From: Octopus sinensis
Lineage: Eukaryota
Assembly (NCBI RefSeq): GCF_006345805.1
Contig: NC_042998.1
Span: forward strand, 13,392,001 to 13,456,000
Direction of reading: 5' to 3'
DNA: 64,000 nt
A program made the position numbers and the translations under genes. This document shows, piece by piece, positions 13,090 to 24,700 of the stretch (position 1 is its first letter; each line of letters begins with the position of its first letter). The notes beneath the pieces were generated by a model that saw only the letters and a list, made by a program, of their open reading frames with translations, was not told the origin of the DNA and ran no database searches.

Positions 13090-13995
13090 AAATCCAATGT
13101 CATTACCTGTTCAAATATGCTTGAGGTACGTTCGAACTGGAGCACAAGCCATACACTCTGTTTTGCCATGTAGAAAACTCCTCGCTGTAGAGAAATGGTG
13201 TAGATACGACGAGGTGAGTTCGCAGCGCCACCTTCCAAGACCGTGAGATGCCAGCATCTCGGAGTAGTTGTCCCTTATTCGGTTACAGACTCCAGACGGG
13301 TGATGCGGCGAACTGATCAAAGAGATTGTGTCTCTTAGGCTATTTCAGTCACCGTACGATGACTGAGGGCGCTATATGGCGGAGCACCGTAATTAGATTA
13401 TCGAATGGGGGCGCTAATCAATAATATGTATAAATGCAATGTTATTATCAATCTAAATATGTTAGAGACACGTTCGAAGTGGGGAACACGCCATCGTACG
13501 GTGATTGAAATAGCATCAGAGAGAGAATCTCTTTCATCAGTTCTTGGTGTCACCTACCTGGTGTCTGTGACCGAAGAAGGATGCTGGCATTTCACAGTCT
13601 AGGTGGGTGGCATTGTTAACTGATCTACCTATATTCACTCCATTTATCTACAGAGAAAAATTTCCTCCATAACAAAACAGAGCGAATGAACTTACATGCG
13701 TTGAGACGCCGCATAGAGCTACCAGTCAGCGTACGATGAATGAAATAGCATAAGTGAGACAATCTCTTTGATTGCTTCGCAAGGTCACCTGCCTGGTGTC
13801 TGTGACCAAAGAGGAGACTACTACTTCGAAATACTGGCATCCCACAGTCTAGGTAGATGGCTCTCCGAATTGATATAATTGTATCAGCACCATTGGTGTA
13901 CAGCGAGAAATTTTTCTCCATGACAAAACAGTGAAATGCTTGAACCCCAGTTTGAACGTGCCTCAAGAATATTTGGACTTGTAATAACATTGCAT
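13090..13995. repeat. Composite of a diverged ~250-bp unit in direct and inverted orientation
   Basis: Forward copy ~13090-13350, forward head fragment ~13435-13490, reverse copies ~13490-13700 and ~13730-13995. Shared blocks include CTCTGTTTTG.CATG, GAGATGCCAGCAT, CAAAGAGATTGT.TC and GCTATTTCA.TCACCGTACG. Confidence 0.8.
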
Positions 13996-14535
13996 CTAAA
14001 ACTAACATGCAACAGAAAACCTTTCCCTACTTCAATATATATATATATAGTGAAAAATCCACGTTTCGAACATTTACTTATAAATTTTGGTATATTCTTG
14101 GTTAAACAGAGACAGACACATATACGTGTATATTTTTACATACGGATGTGACAGTATATGCCTATATAGACAGTATATGCCTATATACAGGTATAATTAT
14201 ACTAAGATGTCCATCTGTTCTAATTTAATTAAATTCTATGTCTTCTTTGTAGCGCTGAAGATTGCTCTGCATTTTAAATTCATGTAATGATTGCATGTTT
14301 CAATTAAATGGAGTTGCATGAAGCGATCGTACTGCATTACCTTTGGATATCCTTGTTGCTTATTTTGATATATAAATATATATATTTGTGTGTGTGCGTA
14401 TGTATGTATATGTGTATGTGCGTGTATATATATTATATATATATATATATATAATATATATATTATATATTATATATATATATAAATATAAATTTATATA
14501 TGAGGATAATGTCGATATTTAAGTGTCGAAATTAT

Positions 14536-14586
<51 letters not shown>

Positions 14587-14899
14587 CGCCTAGGAATAGT
14601 CAGATCACAGTGATTCGCATTTATATTTATGCTGTTCAGTTACTCTCTTTCAGCGCCTTGTGTTAAACCAAATTCCTGTAGTCAATTCATGAGATTATCG
14701 TAGAAATCATACAGTAAAATAGAAAAGTCAAATTAAATGGCAAAAGTAAAAATTATAAAGAATATGGGTGGCTTGTTCGCAATTTCCAACCGAACGGCAG
14801 GAATATATAAGTTACTAACGGAACAGTATTGCTAGAAATAAGAGCTAGAACAACTATGAGAAGTCTTACCATTGTAAAATTGCAAAGCTACCCATATTA

Positions 14900-15095
14900 T
14901 ATCAATCTATCTACCTATATCTATTTATCTACCTGTCTGTCTACCATTTATCTAGCTGTCTGTCTGTCTGTATATCTATCTATCTATATATCTATCTATC
15001 TCTCAATCAATCAATCAATCAATCAATCAATCTATCTATCTATCTATCTATCTACCTGCCTATCTATCTATCTTTCTATCTATCTATCTATCTAT
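14900..15095. repeat. Degenerate (TCTA)n/(TCAA)n/(TCTG)n microsatellite on the 5' flank of the Tx1 LINE
   Basis: Directly visible. Confidence 0.92.
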
Positions 15096-15363
15096 GATAG
15101 ACACAAAAGACTCCAAACTAATGGAGTACATCACAGGATACACAAACATTTGTGAAGATGACTTTAAAAATAGCAATCATCCACGCACTACACACCCAAA
15201 CACATCAAAATACTACACATCACACAAACACAACACCACAAACTCAAAGCCCTCTTCCAAATGCTGTAGGGGTTTCCAGAAATATGTCCCAAAAACTATA
15301 TAGAAACCTCCTCGAAGACAATCAAAGAACGAGGAAGCCAAAACTTTCGACACAAGTAAGTAA
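15094..15363 (+). pseudogene. Probable C-terminal remnant of ORF1 of the Tx1 element
   Basis: One reading frame with a single internal TAG (15301) that ends 50 bp before the ORF2 ATG. The call rests on position only; no motif is recognised. Confidence 0.4.
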
Positions 15364-18300
15364 CTCTCTGTACTTTCATTTGTGTGTTTTAAAGCACACA
15401 CCCCAATAGAATCATGGTCAGATTGGTTGTGTGAATGCGCGTGGCTTGGGGTCTCCTTGGAAACAAGGATACCTCCTAAATGACATCAAGTCACATGATT
15501 TGGGAATCATAGCCATAAGTGAGACCAGACTCCACGAGCCACGGGCCCTAAAGTCCATGTTTGGCGGACAGTTTAACATTTATTTCGCTCCCTGTCTGCC
15601 GAGGATGGGCGTAGTGGCACCGCGGTACTTTTTCACAAGAGCCTGGATCTCGAAGTCAAGACGATATTCGTAGACCCGGAGGGTAGACTGATCGTCTGGA
15701 TGTTGACGACAGCAATGGGTGCGCTTTTCGACTCGTATCAGTCTACGCACCGCCCTTAACAGGTCGGGCGGATTTCTTTCGACGTCTAGAAGTATTCTTG
15801 GGAACGTCTCGTCCTTTACTCTTAGTGGGGGATTGGAATGCTACCTTGGACACGCATGTAGACTACGTGGGTAGAGACAGAAACAGAAGGGGATGCAAAT
15901 GCCTCAGAGACCTGCTCAGACGATTCCAACTGTCTCACAGGTACCGACTCGACACACCAAATGCACCAACGTGGACATGGAGCAACCGCAGTGGGTCGTC
16001 GAGATCGTATCTAGATAGGATACTGTGTAGGACAGTAGACAAGGATATAACTTAGGATGTCCACAATTCCACACAGTCAGCTACACGGATCACAAATTGG
16101 TGACGGTGTACGCTAGACTTAGATAAGGCACAAAGACAGGGTCCTGGGTACTGGAAACTGAACGCATCATTCCCGTCCAGACAAGTTTTCAGAGACGGAT
16201 TAGCACACTAGTAAAGAGGGCTTTGACGGGAGCCATCATCAACAACAAATGGTGGTTTGCCCTCAAGAGAGCAGTAAAAGCAGAAGCGATTAGGTACAGC
16301 AAAGCACTAGCCATAGATAGAAATAGAGTAGAGGGTGAGCTAGTTAAGAAGCTAGAAGAGGCAATTAGAAGCGGCATCGCATCCGACGTTTTGGCGGCGA
16401 GGTTGGCCCTCGACCAACACTTCAACGCCAAACACGAAGGATGTGCTGTCAGAGCTAGGATGCGTGCTCTAAGGAACGAAGGTGTTGGAGCCGCGAGAGA
16501 GGCCGGGTGGCAGAGGCGCAACAGGGCAACAAAGCCACCATTCGGTCACTGGTAGATGAACAGGGGCGCGAATTGCTCGAGCCAAGTAAAATGTGTGAGG
16601 CCTTCAGCAGCATTTGCCCGACTGTTCGGGACGAGTGGAGGGCAAGAACGTAGGGTAGACTTCAGTGCCTACCTACATAGCCTGCCACGACTCTCGACAA
16701 GAAAGGCAGGGTGCTGCGAAGGTGCCATCACGGCGGCGGAAGTGCGGGAAGCGATGGCAGAATGCTCGAGGGACAAATCACCGGGTTTGGATGGTCTCTA
16801 CCCTACGAATTTTACTATTGTATGCCAGACTTGTTTGGAGACGTCTTGGCAGCGGTATACTGCAACTGGCAGCAAAACGGGAGCATACCCGGTTTTGTGA
16901 GTCGAGGAGCTGTAACTCTGCTGAAGAAAGATCCAAACAAGGGAAACATTATAGATAACTTTAGGCCAATCACTCTGCTCAATGCAGACCTGAAAATTTT
17001 GACAAAGGTGTTAGCCAAAAGGTTGGCGCTTGTCATGGAGAAACTGGTCGACAACGCACAAACGTGCGCCGTGCCGGGCCGGAGCATCCATGACAACCTC
17101 CATCTGATGCGCTACATCATAGACAGGGTAGTTAACGAACCTGGCATGGGTGGGGCCCTGATCAACTTGGATCAATCGAAAGCCTTTGATAGGGTAGACC
17201 ATCGATACTTGGAGGCGGTCCTGAGAGCGGCTGGTTTCGGTCCCGTCTTCCGCGGCTGGATAGCTGCCTTGTACAGAGGCATCCGTTCGGTAATTCGCGT
17301 AAATGGACATCTATCGAGACCCTTCGACATTGCACGTTCGGTCCGTCAGGGATGCCCCCTCTCGGCGCTTCTATACGTATTGACTCTTGAGCCACTACTG
17401 CGGAAGCTGGCGACTCTGAGGGGCATCCCGCGAGAATTAGGATGCGGGACGAGCGTGTCTGCATACGCGGACGACGTCACCGTCATAGTGTCAAGCCACG
17501 AGCACATCGAGCGGGTCGGCGAGACACTGAAAGACTACGAAGCGGTGACAGGAGCAAAAATCAACCGGGAAAAGTCAGTGGGCTTGCGGCTCGGCACCTG
17601 GAGAAGCAACCCATGCCGTCCACCAGTACTCCGTCGTGGGACGCTGGACAGACGGCCCGGTTGAGTTGCTCGGGGTCTGGTTCGGTCCGGACCTCCAAAT
17701 GGAGAAGAACTGGAACGAGATAACGAGTAGGGTGGTCACTCTCGCCAGCAGCAAGGGGCCGAGAGGAAACTGTCCCTAAAAGTCGGGCGGAGGTGGTGAA
17801 CGCGTACATCGCGTCCATCATCTACTACCGCCTGACCGTCGTACCTTGTCCCGACCCTACCATCACCAAACTAGAACGCATCTCTTCCGCTTCTTGTGGA
17901 AAGGATGCGTCCCGATGGTCAGGCGATCCATTTGCTGTCAACACCCGTTAAAAGGAGGGCTGGGCATGCCGTGGTTGATGATGCGCAGACACGCGCTGAG
18001 ACTGCGACATCTCCGGCTCTATGTAGACGACGGTGAACAGGTGTGGTCGCCGTTTGTGAGGCACGCATTCCCGCAACTCGTCTCCATGACCGAACTACAG
18101 TCGTGGATCAAAAAGAGGCCGAAGAAGGGCGAATGGCACCGCGAGTGTCGCGTTGCTCTCAAGCAACTCTGCCGTCCCGGGTCGACCTTGAGTGACTTCA
18201 ACACAACCAAAGCATTCTATAGGGGATTAGTGGAGGGGAGGTACGACGACGAGCTCGGGGCAAACCTGGGCGTCGACGAGAATACCTGACCCGCCTGTTT

Positions 18301-19258
18301 CAAACGACTTTCGGCCCGGGACCTATGGACAACTTCCAGAGATCCCTGGCCTGGCGGTGCTACCGAGAAGCGCTACCCGTTCGGGATAAGCTCTATAGGC
18401 ATGGCTCGAGAAACACGGGGCCGACCTGCCCGAGATGCGGGCAGAGCGACGAAACCGCTCTGCACGCAATCGTGCAGTGTCCAGCAATTTCCCACCTGTG
18501 GGCTTATGTCGAACGACTGCTGTCACGTGTGGGACGTGTCGGTTTATCAGCCGAGTCTATCGTTAATATCGTCACGCCTCCTTCCTTCAAGCGGGAAGGA
18601 AGAGCTATTTTTATCATACTTGTGGCTATGGCGAAAGAATGTATCTGGTGGACGCGTCTGAAAGGATTAGAGACAAACACTTTCCTCTCTGGTCAATCTC
18701 TCATCAACTTCTTCAAGTATCACTTGAAGAAAAAAGTGAGAGTAGAGAGGCAAGTTTTGTCTAGTGAATGTTTTAAAAAAAGATGGGTGAATGTAGCAAG
18801 GATGGCACGTATGAATGACGAAGCCACCTTGACTATGATTCTATGAACCGTAAAAATTAATACAGAGAGTTGCTTATTTGCAAAAAAAAAAAAAAGAAAT
18901 ATAACATGTGACTTCATTGACCGAGGTTACCGTGGTCTTTTCCGTAGGCTTTTCTTTCCACGGGTAAACCTCACCTGTCCCCCCCTTTACACTTCATATT
19001 GACATTTCTGTGATAACGATCCCTATTGATCAATTTTTTTCCTCTCCCCCTTTTTTTTTAACCCCCCCTTTTTTTGTCCTCTTTCTCTCCTTTTACGATC
19101 CCTTTTGATCGACCCCCCCTTTTTTATTTTATTTTTATTTTATTTTATTTTTTTCTTTTTTTTTTTTTTTTATTTTTTTTTTTTAAACCTTCAAAAGAAA
19201 AGCTCTACCTTGTAATTTGTTCTATCTGTGTGCAGCCCTGTGTGGCTAATAAAGAAAC
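15096..19258 (+). mobile_element. Tx1/L1-clade non-LTR retrotransposon, 5'-truncated, ORF2 essentially complete
   Basis: A GC-rich block against an AT-rich background. Contains an APE endonuclease, RT, C-terminal CCHC motif, a pyrimidine-rich 3' UTR and AATAAA at 19248-19253, followed by (ATCT)n. Confidence 0.92.
15414..18846 (+). pseudogene. ORF2 (APE endonuclease + reverse transcriptase + CCHC finger), broken by multiple frameshifts
   Basis: APE motifs: IGCVNARGL, IAISETR, LVGDWNA, TWTW, SYLDRI, TDHKLV, GYWKLN. RT motifs: KSPGLDG, FRPITLLNADLKIL, LDQSKAFDRV, RQGCPLS, AYADDV, GAKINREKS. C-terminus: CPRCGQSDETALHAIVQC. Confidence 0.93.
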
Positions 19259-19722
19259 ATATCTATCTATCTATTTATTTATCTATCTATTTATCTATCT
19301 ATCTATACACGCATACACACACACACACACACATATATATACATATATTGTATGTATACACTTATCTAAATTTCTTTATAGCTAATGTCGGCGTTGATAC
19401 CATACAAGATTCACAGACTATTGTGGTATTACGTTGACATAAAACGTATGAAAACCATGTCGATGTGTAATTTCTTAAGTGAGATTAAATGAGACAAATC
19501 TCAGGGCAGCAGTCAGCCATAAATCTACCAACATTACATCCTAATGTCTGATTTAAATTCACTAGGTATATACGAATCAACAATCACATTCTTAGACACA
19601 TTTATATACACTGAAGCACATATATACATATACACATCTATGCACATGAACATGCACACTTACACACACCACATACATACATATATATATATATATATTA
19701 TATATATATATATATATACACA

Positions 19723-19773
<51 letters not shown>

Positions 19774-19902
19774 TATATATATATTATATATATCCATCCA
19801 TCCAGGATATTCAGCAGGTCATTTACGGTGAGGTAGTGGGCAAAATCAACCAACTGCTTCAAACGTAGCCGCACATCTGAGGAGAGAGAGAGAGAGAGCT
19901 CA

Positions 19903-19971
19903 TTCATGGAAGACCGTCGATTAACAATCCAAGTAATTGCGCACGAAATGGAAATTACCACAGGAACAATT
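19903..19971 (+). mobile_element. Tiny mariner transposase HTH fragment
   Basis: Translates MEDRRLTIQVIAHEMEITTGTI, resembling the mariner DRRLT..IA...IS.G motif; very short. Confidence 0.45.
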
Positions 19972-19980
19972 CTCTCTCTC

Positions 19981-20395
19981 TTTTACTCTTTCACTATTTT
20001 ACTTGTTTCAGTCATTTGACTGTGGCCATGCTAGAGCGCCGCCTTTAATCGAGCAACTCGACCCCAGGACTTATTCTATTGTAAGCCCAGTACTTATTCT
20101 ATCGGTTTCTTTTGCCGAACCGCTAAGTAACGGGGACATAAACACACCAGCATCGGTTGTCAAGCAATGCTAGGGGGGGGGCAAACGCTGACACACAAAC
20201 ACACACACGCATATATATATATACATATATACGACGAGCTTCTTTAAGTTTCCATCTACCAAATCCACTCACAAGGCTTTGGTCGGCCCGAGGCTATAGT
20301 AGAAGACACTTGTCCAAGATGCCACGCAGTGGGACTGAACCCAGAACCCCCTGTGGTGGGTAAACAAACTACTTACCACACAGCCACTCCTGCGC
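19981..20395 (-). mobile_element. tRNA-derived SINE, family A
   Basis: The reverse complement has a tRNA-like head (GGAGTGGCTGTGTGGTAAG...GGGTTCAGTCCCACTGCGTGGC), an internal TA/TG microsatellite and a GTAAAAGA-type tail. Seven near full-length copies occur in the window. Confidence 0.9.
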
Positions 20396-21325
20396 AATGT
20401 ATTCTATTTTAATGAGAGATTTCTGCATGCAGAGAGTTCCGGTGGAATTCGTCTCCAAGAAGCTGGCGGAGCAACAAATGCAACTCAACATGGAAATAGA
20501 CATGTGTTCATGGTCTCTGCTTTCGGTCATCTGGCGTGAAAAGGAAAATGCGACGTGTGTGTACTACGCTACTGTACAGTACATGGAGCAGCCAGGAACT
20601 TACGTGGCCTAGTGCACGTACAGGAGAGGGGAATCCGGTCTAAACGAAAGCAATGATGATAGTTATTAGAGTTACCTGGATTATAACCAGATACATAATC
20701 ATCATTTATATTGATTTATTATAGAATACTTGTGGATGTCACCGGGTTAGGTTTTGCCATTATTACGGTCAAAGCTTATGTCATCATGGCTGCAGTTATA
20801 TGTGTGCATATATCGCAAATTGAAATACGAGAATACGAAAAAAAGGACTTAATGAACACGTAGACAAATGTGCAGGTACGGAACAATCAAACTTTACGAT
20901 TTTACATTGATATAAATTTTGCTTTCACCTAATAAAACGCCAAGGAAATCACCGAAGCTATATCCTTCATAAAAGTGCAGCTACATTGAAATACCTCTAA
21001 TAGAGAATCTAACACCGACCATTCGCAAAGTTTGCCAAGTGACCACAATGACTTCTAACTGTTAAACTGTCAACTACTTGAAACGCTGCTGCCCCTACTA
21101 CAACAAAGCATCCATATCTTCTGAGCTTCTTACTAAAATCCAGATACTACTGCTACAAACAATCAGAAGCAAACGAAACTCGGCACGGTGTAATATTTTA
21201 AGAGACACATTTGAACGTCCAGATATAATGAAGCATTCATTTAACTCAAATCATTTCAATTCATTTTTTTTCTTTCATTCCGACCTTAAAAAATGTCCTT
21301 TTAAAGTTATTAAGTCCGCATAATC

Positions 21326-21570
21326 TTTTACTCATTTAGTCTTTTACTTGTTTCAGTCATTTGACTGCGGCCATGCTGGAGCACCGTCTTTTAGTCAAGC
21401 AAATCGACACCAGGTCTTATTCTTTGGAAGCCTAGTACTTATTCTATCGGTCTCTTTTGTCTAACCGCTAAGTTACGGGACGTAAACACACTAGCATCGT
21501 TGTCAAGTGATGTTGGGGGGGACAAACACAGACACACAAGCATATGCACACGCACACACACAAGCATACG

Positions 21571-21604
<34 letters not shown>

Positions 21605-21630
21605 TATATATATACATATATATATACATA

Positions 21631-21662
<32 letters not shown>

Positions 21663-21895
21663 TATATATATATGTATATATACACACACATATATATATA
21701 CACACACAAATATATATACATATACATATATGCGACGGGCTTCTTTCAGTTTCTGTCTACCAAACCCACTCACAAAGCTTCGGTCGGCCCGAGGCTATAG
21801 TAGAAGACAGTTGCCCAAGGTGCCACGCAGTGGGACTGAACCCGGAAACATGTGGTTGGTAAGCACGCTGCTTACCTCACACCCACTCCTGCGCC
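21326..21895 (-). mobile_element. tRNA-derived SINE, family A, with expanded internal microsatellite
   Basis: Same head and tail as the other family A copies; internal CA/TA tract of about 200 bp. Confidence 0.9.
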
Positions 21896-22943
21896 TATGC
21901 TGCTTATTTCAGAAAAAAATATGTAAATTCTTTCTGTAATTTATGTGCATAATTTATAGTATGGATCCAATAATCACGAAAGACAGATTTATCTCTAAAG
22001 CCATATTTTTCTTCCGTTCCTATCAAAAAATTAGCTTAAATACATACCACTTTGTTTTGAAAGCTGTAAATATGAGAAACGAAATATGTTGAAAACACTT
22101 TTGGATGCATATATATTCAGAATAAATTTCACGGCAATACATATTCCGAAGAGACTATGTACTTTTGTTTTGAATATAATTTCCGAGTTTCATACTATTC
22201 GTCGTCTTGCCGCAAAGAAAGCATTATCACCTCTGTTTCCATCGCTTGTATATCCTAGAGGTTATATTGTCAACATGTTATTAAAATTATAATATTTATT
22301 CCCATTTGGACATTATTAAGTTATGCAGATATTTATTTCTCGCCATCCGACGATACAAAAACATCATATTTCTCTGAAGTTAAATTTATCCAGATTCTTC
22401 CTGCGGAATCAATAATCGTGTGAAACCAATGAAGATAAAGTGAATTTTCGAGTTTAATATTCTAAAGCTTGTGTAACGTCTTTCATTATAGCATTGACCT
22501 TTAAGAATATATATTGAATTTTCCTCTTGAATATCAATCTATTGAATATCAGAACCAGCAGCAGAGTTATATTGGTTGGTCTATTTTCTTTGACCTATTC
22601 GAATAGTTTTCCATATCTCGAAACTTTATTCATATGTTCAAGTATATTGCCAACAATATGTTAAAATAAGACTAAAAAACACGTATGATATATTAATCTG
22701 ACTATAAAATGTATATTAGATAACTTTGAATCAGGTTTGTAGAATGATTTGAGTGTACACCAGTTGTACACTGAGACTAATCACAACATATTATTGAATA
22801 TAACTGGTATTTGGTGGCCAACGTAAGATACTCTACTCGATGATCACATATGGTATACATTCTTGGAAAGGCTTCAACTAAATTTTCATATAACGATCCA
22901 TATATTCTTGGAGTACTGATATATGACACATGCATACATATTC

Positions 22944-23035
<92 letters not shown>

Positions 23036-23050
23036 ATATATATATATATC

Positions 23051-23308
23051 ATAATAAATATTAGGGAATAAATCCAAATTTACAGGGAAAAATCAGATTT
23101 AGGATTGAATCCAATTTTATAGTAAAATATTATATAATTATATAATATTAATTAGAGACAAAACCACTATTATGCAAATCAAACAAAGAAAGACTTAATC
23201 CAATACATAAAAAATGTATAAAAATTAAATAAAATTAATTTTTTATGTATTGGATTAAGTCTTTCTTTGTTTGATTTGCATAATAGTGGTTTTGTCTCTA
23301 ATTAATAT
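23051..23308. repeat. AT-rich repeat end containing a near-perfect hairpin (arms 23145-23215 and 23238-23308)
   Basis: ATATTAATTAGAGACAAAACCACTATTATGCAAATCAAACAAAGAAAGACTTAATCCAATACATAAAAAAT is followed by its reverse complement after a ~22-nt AT loop. Confidence 0.85.
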
Positions 23309-23368
23309 CATATATATATATATATATATATATAAAGAGAGAGAGAGAGAGAGAGACTGAGAGATCAC

Positions 23369-23403
<35 letters not shown>

Positions 23404-23431
23404 CACGCACACATACACACATATATATGTA

Positions 23432-23906
23432 ATAACAATGATTCAAGGATGGAATTTATAAATGTTCAATACATCGTGACGCGCGTTTCCACAAATCATA
23501 TGACTTTAACACCAGAGTCTGTATCATTGGGATGATTACGGTATAGTCCGAAAGTATCCGTGGGCATGCGGTCAATCATTGTTACTGTTTCACTTCATCA
23601 GGCGATACTTCATTAATGAATGAAATACAGGGGATGTTTATCCCTTGTTACCACTACGAAGGATATCTAGGTAGGCCTTCGTACTGGCAAGATGGGCTAA
23701 ACACCCCTCTGTGATTCGTCCACTAATGCAGTATCGCTGGATAAAATGAATCAGTGACGATGATCAATCGGATGTCCACGGATACTAGGGACTATACTGT
23801 AATCATTACAAAGATACTAACTCTGGTGTTAAAGCCATGTAATATGTGGAATCACTTGTAGCGATTTATCAAATATTTATAAATTTCATCCTAGAATTAT
23901 TGTTAT
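23432..23906. mobile_element. Fully palindromic fold-back/MITE-like element
   Basis: The left half matches the reverse complement of the right half along its length (e.g. CTTTAACACCAGAG, GATTAC.GTATAGTCC, AGTATCCGTGG). The centre is TACGAAGG-13 nt-CCTTCGTA. Confidence 0.8.
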
Positions 23907-24595
23907 GATAATATTTATTCTTCATTATATCTGTATAATCACGATGCAAAACCGAAACACTGATCAACTGGTCCGTATAATTAGACGGTGGCCGGCATCC
24001 TGAAAAGGAGCTTTATTCACATATCCTTAATGTTACCATAAAGGAATTTAAAATATATCTTACGTGTGTGTGTGTGTGTGTGTGAATCCTGAAGAACTAA
24101 GAGAAAAAAATAAGATTAATTCCGTACGTCTACACCGTTGCATAATCCATTTGCAGTTACTTAGTCTACTTTTATACGATGTATAAAAGTATATTACTTT
24201 TACCGAGTATAAGTAACTCACACAAACATTATATACATGCATGTATATGCGCACATAAAATTGCATAGGTACATAACGAGGAACCACAAACTAATTTTCT
24301 GATCACTACAGTTTCAAATGCGTTGTAATCAGTAAATTGCATCCTAGATTTAAGTACTTTTTAAGTCGCTAGCTGATATCCAACTGGAGTGCTTACAGTG
24401 AGTTACTTTTTATTCTTTGGCATCATATTGTGTTACGGCAGATGCAGATAGTATGTTAGTATATGAATTTCGCAGAAAGGGTAGAAGGACCATTTAATCG
24501 TATTTTACGATGAAGGCGGGAATTTTTGTCATCAAATATGAAACATATTTAAATACTGAATCTGCAGACAGAATAGGCAGTATGACGGATGAATT

Positions 24596-24700
24596 GCTTA
24601 GCGGTATTTCGTCTGTCTTCATGTTCTGAATTCAAATCTGCCGAGGGTAATTTTACCTTTCATCATTTCAGAGTCAATAAAATATGTATAAGTCGAGTGT
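24596..24700 (+). mobile_element. Old, truncated SINE of family D
   Basis: TGCTTAGCGGTATTTCGTCTG...TTCTGAATTCAAAT.TGCCGAGG matches 36761-36850. Confidence 0.65.

Noticed and set aside
16189-18661. Overlapping and antisense ORFs within the LINE
   Set aside because: They are alternate frames of GC-rich ORF2, produced by frameshifts and low stop density.
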